Positions 38,475-50,827 are shown, counted from the stretch's first letter. The stretch: 64,000 bases of DNA from Paraphysomonas bandaiensis (GCA_965644295.1 CBFFRP010000182.1:62001-126000), one strand, 5' to 3'. Numbers and translations: made by a program. The notes: generated from the sequence alone by a model not told the origin.

Positions 38475-39565
38475 TTATAACTCCGAATTTGTCCCACTGC
38501 CTACATTTCCGCATTCTCTGTGATTCCACTCAAATATAGAAGGGATATTTGAAAAATTTGGAAGGGACATATTATTCACATACTCTTCAAAACTCGAGAT
38601 CCGCTCATGTATTCTTGGCGGTCTGATTACGTTGCGTATTTCTCGCTCAGCTGCTGCGGCATCACACATACTCCATCCCAAAAATAATATTAAACTGTTC
38701 ACTAAAGATCTTACTTTGCCTGTATCAATAATATCCTCATAGTGTGCTAAAGAACAACGCCAAGATCCAATACCCTACCAAATATATATAACTTTGCATA
38801 AAGTACATGCATCTAATTCTGACATCATATGATGGCATAGTGCGAGTAAGCAACACAGCAACAAAGGAGGAAATTAAGAATAGCTAAGAAACCTGTATAT
38901 GGCTTAAGACATCATACTCCGATTTCATGTAGTGCATATGCGTGCCCATCACTTCCGCATGCTGGAAGTATCCCTGATCCCAGTTACCATGGCTCGCCAC
39001 GAGATCGTAAAACTCTCTACTCGAGTTTGTAGCTTATCACAACAAAGTTCTAGATAAGCACATAAATATATACCTTGTTAGAAATATAATTCGAGGGTGT
39101 GTATTCAGCTCCTCAAAGGTCAAGATGAGCTCTTCCAAATTGTCTAAACCTATAAAACTATTAAGAAATCATATCTATCGTATCCAACTAACCTGTAGCA
39201 GCAAGTTTTACTTTCGATAAGTTCTTCTCATATCTCACCCCTTTCCCTAAAGGTAAAGACATGTCCTCAATGAATATCTTGTCATTTCTTAATGCATTTT
39301 CTATAAAATTTTTAATTTCTAGTTTTCTTTTTTGAATATAATGACGTAAATGATAATCGTTAAGTACAACATCATATCTACAACTTCTTGCAACAGCCAT
39401 GACTACAGGAGCTAAAGCATGATGTCCTGAGCCTTCTACCCCTACAATTCTAATAAATCGTGCTGGTTTATCTCTTGATAATGAATGAGATACATGAGAT
39501 GCTAATGAACAGGTATATAACAATACACATATCAGTGAAATGCATTTATATTATAATATAGACAT
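38475..39565 (-). CDS. Sulfotransferase-like type II membrane protein, multi-exon
   Basis: Hydrophobic N-terminus, IRIVGVEGSGHH (5'-PSB-like), LYLTR..DLVASH (3'-PB-like), HYEDII. Confidence 0.5.
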
Positions 39566-39701
39566 GATACTATATATATATGTATATATATGATCGTTTG
39601 TCTGAGGATTTGAGATATCTCCATATAGATATCACACAGAGATGCACTGGTATATAGGAATTCCTACTGGTGGGGGTGGTTGTGCATGTCGATTTTATCG
39701 A

Positions 39702-39812
39702 TTATTTCATTGAAAAGTCATCGTTTTTTCATTGAAAAGTCATCGTTTTCTCAGTGAAAAGTGAAAAAAAGTGACTTTTCAATGAGAAAACGATGACTTT
39801 TCAATGAAATAA
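39702..39812. repeat. Foldback element: tandem plus inverted TCATTGAAAAGTCATCGTTTT units
   Basis: About 41-bp near-perfect inverted arms built from about 21-bp tandem units. Confidence 0.85.
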
Positions 39813-40219
39813 ATGATGAACAAATTGATAAAATCCTGTATGTGCTCTTCACTCCATACTGTATTTGTACATATATATTGTATGAAAAGTGCAGATAGTA
39901 CGAATAATGAGATATTGGTATATCGGAAATTAGGTATTTTCCACAAAATAGAGCTATTTTATAGAAATAACTCATTTTTACATGTATGTCGTGATAGAAC
40001 TATCATCACACATGCATGCACGCTACTGTACTATGCATATGTAGTTAAGGTGGTATGTGCAGCATTTCAGCATACATCAGAGGGCAGATAACTCCATAAT
40101 CGCACCTCATTCATGTTAGTTTCTGCATAACGTCTACCTACAATTGAGAGAATACATACAATTTTTCAGTTGCCTGAGACGTGTTATTATTTGATATTTG
40201 ATTAACTAGACCACTAATT

Positions 40220-42298
40220 ATGACCGGCTATCGCGGCCAGAGTGGTCAGGGTGGTAATCAAAGCCGAGGTAGTCAGGGTGGGTATCGAGGCTCTGGGGGC
40301 CGGGGTGGTAATCAAAGCAGGGGTAGTCAGGGTGGCTATCAGGGCTCAGGTGGTCAGAGTGGGTATCGAGGCTCCGGTGGTCAGAGTGGGTATCGAGGCT
40401 CTGGAGGTCAAGGTGGTAATCAAAGCCGGGGTGGCCAGAGTGGGTATCGAGGCTCTGGAAGTCAAGGTGGTAGTCAGGGCTCAGGTGGTCAGAGTGGGTA
40501 TCGAGGCTCTGGAGGTCAGGGTGGTTATCAGGGCTCAGGTGGTCAGAGTGGGTATCGAGGCTATGGAGGTCAAGGTGGTAATCAAAGCCGGGGTGGTCAG
40601 AGTGGGTATCGAGGCTCTGGAGGTCAAGGTGGTAGTCAGGGCTCAGGTGGTCAGAGTGGGTATCGAGGCTCTGGAGGTCAAGGTGGTTATCAGGGCTCTG
40701 GTGGTCAGAGTGGGTATCGAGGCTCTGGAGGTCAAGGTGGTAGTCAGGGCTCAGGTGGTCAGAGTGGGTATCGAGGCTCTGGAGGTCAAGGTGGTTATCA
40801 GGGCTCTGGTGGTCAGAGTGGGTATCGAGGCTCTGGAGGTCAAGGTGGTAGTCAGGGCTCAGGTGGTCAGAGTGGGTATCGAGGCTCTGGAGGTCAAGGT
40901 GGTTATCAGGGCTCAGGTGGTCAGAGTGGGTATCGAGGCTCTGGAGGTCAAGGTGGTTATCAGGGCTCAGGTGGTCAGAGTGGGTATCGAGGCTCTGGAG
41001 GGCAGGGAGGCTTCCAAGGCTCAGGTGGTCAGAGTGTATTCCAAAGCTCTGGAGGGCAGGGAGGCTTCCAAGGCTCAGGTGGTCAGAGTGTATTCCAAAG
41101 CTCTGGAGGGAAGGGAGGCTTCGAAGGCTCAGGTGGTCAGAGTGTATTCCAAGGCTCTGGAGGGCAGGGAGGCTTCCAAGGCTCAGGTGGTCAGAGTGTA
41201 TTCCAAGGCTCTGGAGGGCAGGGAGGCTTCCAAGGCTCAGGTGGTCAGAGTGTATTCCAAGGCTCTGGAGGGCAGGGAGGCTTCCAAGGCTCAGGTGGTG
41301 GTCAGAGTGTATTCCAAGGCTCTGGAGGGCAGGGAGGCTTCCAAGGCTCAGGTGGTCAGAGTGTATTCCAAAGCTCTGGAGGGCAGGGAGGCTTCCAAGG
41401 CTCAGGTGGTCAGAGTGTATTCCAAAGCTCTGGAGGGAAGGGAGGCTTCGAAGGCTCAGGTGGTCAGAGTGTATTCCAAGGCTCTGGAGGGCAGGGAGGC
41501 TTCCAAGGCTCAGGTGGTCAGAGTGTATTCCAAGGCTCTGGAGGGCAGGGAGGCTTCCAAGGCTCAGGTGGTGGTCAGAGTGTATTCCAAGGCTCTGGAG
41601 GGCAGGGAGGCTTCCAAGGCTCAGGTGGTCAGAGTGTATTCCAAAGCTCTGGAGGGCAGGGAGGCTTCCAAGGCTCAGGTGGTCAGAGTGTATTCCAAGG
41701 CTCTGGAGGGAAGGGAGGCTTCCAAGGCTCAGGTGGTCAGAGTGTATTCCAAAGCTCTGGAGGGCAGGGAGGCTTCCAAGGCTCAGGTGGTCAGAGTGTA
41801 TTCCAAGGCTCTGGAGGGAAGGGAGGCTTCCAAGGCGCAGGAGGAAATGATGGTTTTCGTGGTTTTGGTGGCAACCAGGGAAATGGTCAATCGGGTGGTA
41901 GTCAACAGGGCGACAATGGGGATTTCATGTCGGCAGGGAAGAATCCTTTTGCTAGAGGTGGATTTGGCTCAGGCCAAGGTGTGGCACCCTCTGCCAAGAA
42001 CTGGGGAGATGCGGTCGGAAATAGTGGTAGTGTCTCGTCAGTTCCGCTTAAAAGTACTGAAGGCATTGCTAAAGACATTGGAATTACTTTATCGAATAAG
42101 CTTTCCGAGGAAGAAACACAAGATGATGTCAATACTGGTGCCGACAGAAGCGATACCAGTCACAACCAGCAAGCCGATGGTGTTGATGACTATGGGTCGT
42201 TTTCAAAGTATCTGACGCCCCCGGAGTATAGTGATTACAGCCCAGCTGACATTGAATATTTAGAACAGATTCCGTTGTATATGCCAAGAGTTAGATAA
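40220..42298 (+). CDS. Gly/Ser/Gln-rich tandem-repeat protein
   Basis: About 54-bp repeats encoding GGQSGYRGSGGQGGYQGS, then GGQSVFQGSGGQGGFQGS, followed by a unique acidic C-terminus in the same frame. An upstream exon is possible. Confidence 0.75.
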   Translation: MTGYRGQSGQGGNQSRGSQGGYRGSGGRGGNQSRGSQGGYQGSGGQSGYRGSGGQSGYRGSGGQGGNQSRGGQSGYRGSGSQGGSQGSGGQSGYRGSGGQGGYQGSGGQSGYRGYGGQGGNQSRGGQSGYRGSGGQGGSQGSGGQSGYRGSGGQGGYQGSGGQSGYRGSGGQGGSQGSGGQSGYRGSGGQGGYQGSGGQSGYRGSGGQGGSQGSGGQSGYRGSGGQGGYQGSGGQSGYRGSGGQGGYQGSGGQSGYRGSGGQGGFQGSGGQSVFQSSGGQGGFQGSGGQSVFQSSGGKGGFEGSGGQSVFQGSGGQGGFQGSGGQSVFQGSGGQGGFQGSGGQSVFQGSGGQGGFQGSGGGQSVFQGSGGQGGFQGSGGQSVFQSSGGQGGFQGSGGQSVFQSSGGKGGFEGSGGQSVFQGSGGQGGFQGSGGQSVFQGSGGQGGFQGSGGGQSVFQGSGGQGGFQGSGGQSVFQSSGGQGGFQGSGGQSVFQGSGGKGGFQGSGGQSVFQSSGGQGGFQGSGGQSVFQGSGGKGGFQGAGGNDGFRGFGGNQGNGQSGGSQQGDNGDFMSAGKNPFARGGFGSGQGVAPSAKNWGDAVGNSGSVSSVPLKSTEGIAKDIGITLSNKLSEEETQDDVNTGADRSDTSHNQQADGVDDYGSFSKYLTPPEYSDYSPADIEYLEQIPLYMPRVR

Positions 42299-42561
42299 AT
42301 AGCCTTAGTTCACGTTAATAATAGTATTGCCAATGGAAATCAAATTCGTTTACCAGTCACTCCTATATATCTTGCATAGTGCATAGCCACATATCAGATA
42401 TCAGTAACTGAATTTACTTCCTTTGTTACTATATTTTCACATTACACTTATGAGATGATTTCACTTATTGCACACTATTATATCACTTCAATTGCACAAT
42501 ATATATCGCATCATACTGCAGAACTCAACAATGGGAATAGAAAGTTGATTGTAAGGGTCGC

Positions 42562-42674
42562 CAGTCTTGCGTAACAAGTAATTGGCACTTAATTGGTGAC
42601 AGATGTCCAACAATAACACAATAACAATTGCAATTATTAATCAAGCATCCAGTTATTGGCAATCAGGCATCCTG
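42562..42674. mobile_element. Putative MITE
   Basis: CAG...CTG ends flanked by direct repeat GGTCGC. Its 5' end resembles 3171-3206 (CAG..CGTAACAA.TAATTG.CA.TTAATTGG). Confidence 0.4.
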
Positions 42675-42812
42675 GGTCGCTATGATGTTTATCGATAATA
42701 CAATTAAAAATATACTGCATATTTTCGAATATATCATGCTATATATTAAGTCTTATAATTATAACACCAATTCGCTAAACAAGATCTAGTTCTGAAAGTA
42801 ACATCCTATAAA

Positions 42813-43955
42813 TCACCATCCATACTTGGCCTGTGTCTCATACTTCGATTTCAACTGTCGACCCCGTGCTTCCAACAGCTCCAATTCCGACTCAGCAGCA
42901 TTAAACGCCAACGAATTGATCTGATGCCTCTTATTTTGAAGTTTTGTAGGTTGTGCAAGCATCTTGTCACCTCCTTTTTGAGAGAAATTGAATATGCTGT
43001 TAAGCTCATTCTGTCTCGACTGTTGTTCCTCGTATCGTGTTCGATCCCACTCCGTGGGTCGTACATCAACGACACTCGCACCTAATTCTACTGCTGATAC
43101 ATCACCTCGTAGAAGACTTTGTTGTATTTCCCGCTCTCTGCGACGATTGTTCGCCCCAGAGACGGACCGGGGGGCGGACTGTGTTTGTTGAACCGAATTA
43201 GAGGGCACGGCAGCATATGAATGGAGGCCAGAGGGGACCGTACTCACTTTAGAAGCGGAAGAAGCAGAAGAATAAATGGACGTATCACTTGAAGTTGTAT
43301 CTGAAGCAATAGAAAACTGAGGGAGAGAAGATGGGCCATCTGCGGTACGTGGAGGTACCGGGGGAGCAGAAGACACAACAGGTAGTCGAGGAGCCGGAAC
43401 AGCTGTGCTAGTCACCTCTGGGGCCGAATTTACTCTGTTACTAACCGTTGAAGCTGAATAAACTTTAGATGTCCCTTTTGGGTCCGAATCCACTTTGTCA
43501 GGTGGGGAACTTGATACGCTGTCATCGAATTGCGTTTCAGTGTCACCAAGATGATGCAATTGATTTGCTTCACCATTATTTGATCTCTCTCCTACATCAC
43601 TTCCTATTCTAGTACCTCTTTCAACAGTGACATTCTTTGGTTTAGGTAAGAGAGATATTAATGCTGGAGCAGTAGGGTCATGACAGGGGGTCTTGCCCAT
43701 CACTGAACGACTTTCATTATCTGAATCACTATCATTCGCTGTATCCCCTCTTGATAATGCAACTTGAATATTCTCTGGTAAAAATGATATATCTAATTTC
43801 TTTCTTTTCTTTCTATGTTTAGTTTTTGTATTCTCATTATTAGATGAGACTGTTCTTTTCTTGTCTGATGTGGCTGTTGATACTGACACTGATGGCTTAA
43901 TCTCCTCCTCTTTCTCATCACTAGATCCATCACTGTATACTCCTAATAAATCCAT
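42813..43955 (-). CDS. PRCC: PRCC-like proline-rich splicing/mitotic checkpoint factor
   Basis: N-terminal MDLLGVYSD, internal LISLLPKPK, and C-terminal KRHQINSLA..A..ELEL...KYETQAKYGW. Confidence 0.85.
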   Translation of the reverse strand: MDLLGVYSDGSSDEKEEEIKPSVSVSTATSDKKRTVSSNNENTKTKHRKKRKKLDISFLPENIQVALSRGDTANDSDSDNESRSVMGKTPCHDPTAPALISLLPKPKNVTVERGTRIGSDVGERSNNGEANQLHHLGDTETQFDDSVSSSPPDKVDSDPKGTSKVYSASTVSNRVNSAPEVTSTAVPAPRLPVVSSAPPVPPRTADGPSSLPQFSIASDTTSSDTSIYSSASSASKVSTVPSGLHSYAAVPSNSVQQTQSAPRSVSGANNRRREREIQQSLLRGDVSAVELGASVVDVRPTEWDRTRYEEQQSRQNELNSIFNFSQKGGDKMLAQPTKLQNKRHQINSLAFNAAESELELLEARGRQLKSKYETQAKYGW

Positions 43956-44456
43956 TGTTTGTATGAATTGATTGTAATGATGTTTAATTAATAGAGCAGA
44001 GAAGTGGGTTATATACTGAGAATATATATACGGAAGAGAACAGTGCAGATCTCCATGCAGCTCTCTGCACTATATGCGTACCTCTATATATGTACCAGAC
44101 ACATCTTGACACACAGCAGTATGTGACGAAGTACAATTCTACATACAATACACAATACTACGTATCGTATCAACACAGACTGCTGTGCATACAGCAGTAC
44201 AGAGCAGTATTTGAATTGTAATTCATAAAAAGTACAGTTTTAATTCCACTACACATAAAAAAAGCTACCAAAAGCTCTTAAAATAATGAAATATGGTATT
44301 TTTTATCATATACTAGTACTGTGTTGTGTAATATACTGCAGATACTGTAGATAGTGGTATCATACATCCTCACAACTGTTGCCCAATCAATCTATTTAAG
44401 AACTCACTATCATCTACAGCAACACAGCATTCTATATATGCATATTACTGTAGAAC

Positions 44457-45005
44457 ATGTCAGATAATAAACGTAAAGCCAGTGAGTCAGCAGCAGGTAA
44501 CATACAAACACTTATATCTATTTCTTTGAGTGTTATCGATAGATGATTCACGTAATCGTATATTGAATTCAATATCTGGAGATGCACTATCACATGCAAG
44601 TGGTCAGTTTATTTGATTTGCCTTTTTGACAATGCATAATTATGATTAACAACAGGAGATGTTGAAGCAGATCGTTCCACTAAAATTATAGATGTATATG
44701 AGGAAGATGATGGACCTCCTATTTCACCAGCTCATGATTACCGAAGACGCCGCGGTATAAAAGAATGCTTGCAGGATGCTTCGCGAACCGAAGGCGGCCA
44801 TTATCCCATACAATATCTCCGAAAGGACAATGGGAAAGATTTTCGACGAAAGTGTCGCTGGTGCAACGACTTTAAGAGTTCAGTATATTGTATGCATTGT
44901 GGTGTTGCTCTGTGTATTAGGAATGTTAAAGGCACTAATTGTTGGAAAGAGTTTCATGAGGCGCCGTTATCAGTCGAGGAGGGCAGAGATATGTATCGTA
45001 TCTAG
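44457..45005 (+). CDS. Small 3-exon protein with a piggyBac-type cysteine-rich zinc finger
   Basis: Exons 44457-44496, 44543-44602 and 44656-45005 join in phase. C-terminal H...RRKCRWC..KSSVYCMHCGVALC...CWKEFH. Confidence 0.65.
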
Positions 45006-45390
45006 TCAGTGTGCTGCTGTATGGGTTATATTTTTGTATTGTATCCCTTTAATATTTATTTTATCATATTACTTTTGATGTAATTTGATTATGGTAGTGC
45101 TATGCCAAGTTGCTATTGCATTTTGGTACATCATTTTGACGACGTTCTAATTGCAGTTTAAGAAACTGACTGCATATATGCGTTACGTAATACTAAAAAC
45201 ACTTTCAGTATATCTAAATTATGTCTTGCTACTTGCTACACCAGCCCGTTTTCTAGCTTTTTCAGCGCTGGAATGTAGAATTCACTATTTGAGTCTACAA
45301 TTGCTGTACTAAAATATATAAATATATTATATTATTGCGAAATATCATGTATAGATAATGTAAAAATTTAATACTGAAAATAGGTCACCA

Positions 45391-45680
45391 GCTGTTAATT
45401 AGGAGTGAGCTAAATACAAGATTGCAAGATTGTATAGGTGAGTTATAGTGTTCAATGAAATATACCATGAACTGAATTAGAGAGAGTATCTGTTGAAGAG
45501 ACAAGATCGTCATCATAACGTCGTCATTATCAGTTACACTTCTAACTATTCCGTTGTGCATGTCAGTTATGTGCTATATTTTATATCGTTATTCATAATT
45601 TTCACTCTATTGTGTTAGACATTTTCTATTCTCATTTCTCATCACTCCATCTTATCGACCTGGTTTCATTAATAGCAACA
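45391..45680 (+). mobile_element. Diverged LTR, family B
   Basis: 45430-45612 aligns with 59485-59660 (TGTTCAATGAAATATACCATGAACTGAATTAGAGAGAGTATCTG...). The 3' part differs and no clear TSD is visible. Confidence 0.7.
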
Positions 45681-45945
45681 TTAACTGAATGTTGGGTACA
45701 TACGACAGCCCAACTATTTCTCTAGGATATATAAAGTATAAAAGAACATAAAAGGTATGACCAAGAATCAAGAATTACAATTCACTATAATTATGATATT
45801 AATTTTGATTATAACGTATCCCTTTGACTTTCTAGGATAAATCCAATAAGAGGACAATGTAAAGTCCATTTCCTATTATCGGCAGATAAAAACTAGGAGA
45901 GAAAGAGGGGCGAGCCCCTTTCAGGTAATAACATGAATATGACAT

Positions 45946-47223
45946 TCACCAGGACCACCACCCCATCAACGAACCACCTCCACCTACAACCTCTATTACT
46001 ACTTCTATCACAATTAACCATATTACAATCCATTCTAGTTTGGATGCATGGGCATTCTGCATCTGTTGCTGAATCATATCCAATAGTTCTTTGAGCATAT
46101 CAAGCCTCGTGTTAAGCACTTCTACACGGCTCTCCATTTCTAGATATTTTGCAACTACTAAATAATCTGGCTCATATGTGTCCTCCTCCCAGAAGAAGTC
46201 AGGAGTATCCAATACATCGGAGTGGAGGTTGAGATCATGTCGAATTACAAATATATCTCCAATCATCATTCCGACCCGCCTTATCGATAAGTCAATCTTT
46301 CCCACACGGGCAAGTGTCTCGGGTATAAACTTGTACTCTTCAACCTTGCGCTCTATTCTATCCTCGAATATCGATATTACCGACGATTGGGCAATGGCCA
46401 CACTCACTGACAATCGCTGCTTGGCATTGGTCGTCTCAGGGAGAGTAATAACATCGTTAGCGATAGCGATGCGAGGGTGAGACTCGTAGTCATCAGATGT
46501 GATGAAAGCCATATCGTCCTCACCAGAAGCGAACTCATCGTCATTTACCTTTCCTTGCTTCACGAAGTCACGAACAATATCAAGCATAAACACTTCTTCG
46601 CCTTTGGCAAAACCCCAGAAAACGACTGCACCAAACTCAAAAACGTAAATTTCCTGATTACCAGGATCTGATATTTTCATGGCGAGGTCGCTGTTCGTAG
46701 GTGGGGGCTGAGAATTCACCCAAGTTGTATCTTCCTCGATATCCCCTCCTGTTTTTCGGGATGGGATGCGAGATATACACAAAGCATCTCCGTAACGTTT
46801 GGTTTTCCATGTCGATTTTGAATTCACAATTGCAATCGAAATATGCTCATATAGATCTTGTAAATGTATTTCAGTTGCCACACAGCAGAAGTAAATGCGT
46901 CTCTTCTTGCGCTGGGCCTCGAACTCACCGCCTTTGGTACGAGCTGTTTGCTTTTTCCGTTGACGACCAGTTCGAGATAACTTATCATTATACCGATCAA
47001 TATACACTCCTTCGTCTGTTACGTTCCCATCATCAACATCGTATGTATCACGTTCAGTGGGTAGTGAAATTTGTTTCCTATATTTTGCACTCTTATTACT
47101 TTTGCTCTCATAATAGTCACTTGGTGCAAGCGACATCGACCCATACTTTGAGTCCTCATAATCAGTGCTATCAGCCCGACCTGAACGAAGAAAAGATCGT
47201 TTATTAAGTCGACTAGTTTCCAT
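45946..47223 (-). CDS. RMD1/RMND1 (DUF155) family protein
   Basis: IYVFEFGAVVFWG, SVAIAQSS, NLHSDVLDTPDFFWE, YLEMESRVEVLNTRL, LEWIVIWLIVIEV. Confidence 0.9.
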   Translation of the reverse strand: METSRLNKRSFLRSGRADSTDYEDSKYGSMSLAPSDYYESKSNKSAKYRKQISLPTERDTYDVDDGNVTDEGVYIDRYNDKLSRTGRQRKKQTARTKGGEFEAQRKKRRIYFCCVATEIHLQDLYEHISIAIVNSKSTWKTKRYGDALCISRIPSRKTGGDIEEDTTWVNSQPPPTNSDLAMKISDPGNQEIYVFEFGAVVFWGFAKGEEVFMLDIVRDFVKQGKVNDDEFASGEDDMAFITSDDYESHPRIAIANDVITLPETTNAKQRLSVSVAIAQSSVISIFEDRIERKVEEYKFIPETLARVGKIDLSIRRVGMMIGDIFVIRHDLNLHSDVLDTPDFFWEEDTYEPDYLVVAKYLEMESRVEVLNTRLDMLKELLDMIQQQMQNAHASKLEWIVIWLIVIEVVIEVVGGGGSLMGWWSW

Positions 47224-47828
47224 TACAATGCTATGATATCAATCAGTTCTTTGTATTACAATAATGAGAGATAAGATCTATGTGTGATGAAATCATAGAG
47301 TCATTAGATCAAATGAATAGGATTGATATATATACATATATACCATTCGACTAGCATGAGGTGACCATCGCTTTCACACCAGTACTGTGTACGTAGTGTA
47401 CTATACTGGTATATGTATGTAATCATGCATGTACAAGCAGAAAATGGAAAGAATCTTGCTTGTGCCAAAAATAGGTGTAAAAATTAGGACTTGAAAACAT
47501 ATTAATCCCCATTTTTGAACCATATTCAGCATAAAAACTCATTTCTTGATATATTCTCCAATTTTTCATTCAAAGAACCTGAAAAATGTAGTATTTTGGA
47601 CTAAAGATGAGTTTGTTTTTATTGGTCAAGTGGTTGAAATCTTGTGGAGTTTTCATCCAAATCTCGTACATGTGATGGACTTTACGGTCATTCATATCAC
47701 TAGAGTGTCATATTTCTACATATATGTATATTAAAGCATCATAGCTTCTATAAAACACATCTTGTGTGTTCATATCAATGCGTAGAGTTATTACTAGTAT
47801 ACAAGGAACGTATATAAGTGATAATAAC

Positions 47829-50827
47829 ATGAGAAGTTCAGAGGAATATGGAGCTGTTGGAGTGGAATCTGGTAATGGATATATCGGAGAAAAGGTGCCC
47901 TTATAATGCTATCTGATGCATCAAATTAACTCATTAATTCATTTTTTAGTATAAACAAGTTAGTGTAACACATTTTAAGAAATGGTTATGGTTACTGGTC
48001 GTCCTGTCGATCTTTTTTCTAACACTATTGAGGGGTGAACTCTTCTATATCGCTGTGTTTGTACTGTTTGCATGTTGTTTTGGAGCATATTTTTCATACT
48101 ATTTGGCAAGGTATATATTCATTGGTGTAATGTGTATTGTTTTCTAATATATTGGCTATAGCTATGTGTTCAGTAAAGATAATGGGACACCAGAGATGCG
48201 TGCTGTTTCGGATCCTATTAAAGAGGGTGCTGAGGGCTTTCTGAAAGTTCAGTATGGGGCAATTTTTAAAATAGCTAGCGTTCTTGCGATTATTATTTTC
48301 TTTTCATACGCCTTTCGACCTTCAGGAAATACCGAGACATCTGGTGTGGAGAGTATAGGTTCAATTATGCTCGGCTTACTTGCTAGTTTTTCCTTCGTCG
48401 TTGGAGCAGGGTGCTCTGCTTTGGCCGGATATGTGAGTATGTGGGTTTCCGCTTCTACTAACATTCGTGTCTGCTCCGCTGCTCGGCGGTCTTATCATGA
48501 GTGTCTTGAGATCTGCTTTCGCGGTGGGGCATTTTCTGCTGTACTAGCCATCACTCTATGCGTTTTCGGGGTCGCTATGCTGTATTTCATCCTCTCCATT
48601 CTATTTGTTAGCTCGGGCATGTTAAAACCATCCGGTACGATATTGATTGCTTCATATAGTACTGTTATTCATTGCATGTGACTCCGCTTGCAGAGGTCCC
48701 CGTTCTGATGGTTGGATATGGGTTCGGAGCATCATTTGTGGCGCTTTTCATGCAACTTGGTGGTGGGATATACACCAAAGCAGCCGATGTGGGTGCTGAC
48801 ATGGTTGGAAAGATTGAGGTATATTACACTTTGGTTTAATGGGCTTGCCGTGTCGCTATGTCTTGTGCCCTTCGTGCGTGTATATTCAAGTCATATGATT
48901 TGTCAGATTGGAATCCCTGAAGACGACCCACGCAATCCTGCCGTAATTGCTGATCTCGTTGGTGATATGGTGGGTGATTGTGTAGGCTCTTCTGCTGACG
49001 TCTTCGAGTCAGTTGCAGCAGAAATCATTGGCGCCATGATTTTAGGGTCCACACTAGCAGAGGAGCACGGCCTAAAGGGCAATGTATCGTTTATGCTCTT
49101 TCCCCTTGCCGTGCATGCTATGGATATTCTTGTGTCTTCAGTAGGAATTATGGCTCTGCGCTCAGGATCTTCTTCAGAGAACCCCATGGCGGCTCTCAAT
49201 AGGAGCTATCGCATCACCGCAGTTCTTGCTATCATTGGGTTCTTGTGTTGTGTAAGGACACTGCTGTACGTGGATGACGCCCCCAATGCTTGGTTGCACT
49301 TCTCAGCGTGTGGAGGTGTCGGAATCGTGAACGGTTACATATTTATTCAGTCCACTCAATACTACACTGACTATGAGTATAAGTAAGGAGTCAAGTTATA
49401 TTGCTAGATTACACAATGCTCACTGCTTGTCAGACCTGTTCGAGATATTGCGTCATCCTCGGCCACAGGTCACGGTACAAACATTATTACCGGAGTTGCC
49501 GTGGGCATGAAGTCTACTGTGATTCCCGTTGTAACTGTCAGTTTTGCTGTTCTGGCGTGTTATCATCTAGGCGCAACATCGGGAGTCGGTACTCCTCGCA
49601 GTGCAGGTAACGCTCGTCTTGAAACTTGTTAAATATTCATAGTGTTGTTGGTAGGTCTATTTGGCACTGCTGTGGCTACGATGGGTATGCTGTCTTCGGC
49701 TGTGTATGTCCTCTCGATGAACAATTTCGGTCCGATAGCTGATAACGCAGGAGGTATGTGCTGCATGATGAAGCGTACGTATATAATAAACACAACGTAA
49801 ATAGGTATTGCTGAAATGTCTCAGCAGCCGGAGGAGGTTCGCACATGTACGGATAAGTTAGATGCTGCTGGTAATGTTACAAAGGCGATAACAAAGGTAT
49901 TTAGTATACTCTGTCTAACACATTGTGAAAAATCTTAAAACGTCAGGGATATTCCATTGGTTCTGCAGCTCTTGCTTGCTTTCTCCTCTTTGGAGCTTTC
50001 ATGGATGAGTTTTCGCAATACGCTGGTGTTCCGTTCCGCCATGTGGACATCGCTGTTCCCGAGATTCTTATTGGTGGACTCATGGGCACAATGATGGTGT
50101 TCTACTTCACAGGACTGGCCGTTGCCGCCGTGGCCTCAGCAGCCCAGGAGGTAATCCTCTTGATAATATGACAGACCTTTTACATATTGTGTAGGTTGTT
50201 CTGGAGGTTCGCCGACAGCTGGCTGAGAACCCTGACATCATGACTTTCAAAAGCAAACCCGATTACCGCTCGTGTGTTGCTCTAGTCACACAAGCTGCTC
50301 TCAAGGAGATGCAGTTTCCAGGTTTGCTATTTCGAATGTCTTTGATGAAATATACTGACAGTGTCTTATAGGTATTCTCGCTGTCGGTATGCCTGTCACT
50401 GTGGGATTGTTTTTTCGCGTAGTTGGTTATTATACAAACCGGTAAGTTAACTTTCAGTTGACTAGTGTGTGATGAGATCTCGTTTTAGAAACCTTCTTGG
50501 TGCAGAAGTTCTGGCAGGCTATCTTATGTTTGCCACAACCACTGGTAATATTATAGTGTGTTATCAGTGTATCGTTGTGATATCTACGCAGGAATACTGA
50601 TGGCCTTATTCCTGGATAACGTCGGCGGCGCATGGGACAATGCCAAGAAGTATATAGAGCTAGGCAATCATGGTGGGAAGGGGAGTGATGCACACAAGGC
50701 GTCTGTTACGGGAGACACAGTGGGAGACCCTTTCAAGGACACGGCCGGTCCTTCTCTTCATGTGCTTATCAAGCTTCTTTCAACTACTGTTCTTGTGCTT
50801 GGCCCACTGTTTCTGAATAGTAATTAG
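47829..50827 (+). CDS. H+-translocating inorganic pyrophosphatase, K+-independent (AVP2-like), multi-exon
   Basis: [55 protein letters not shown] (Lys determinant), [26 protein letters not shown]. Confidence 0.95.

Noticed and set aside
40242-42215. Overlapping 657-aa Val/Ala-rich ORF
   Set aside because: Most simply a shifted-frame by-product of the stop-free repeat unit. The Gly-rich frame gives the more protein-like product with a longer unique C-terminus.
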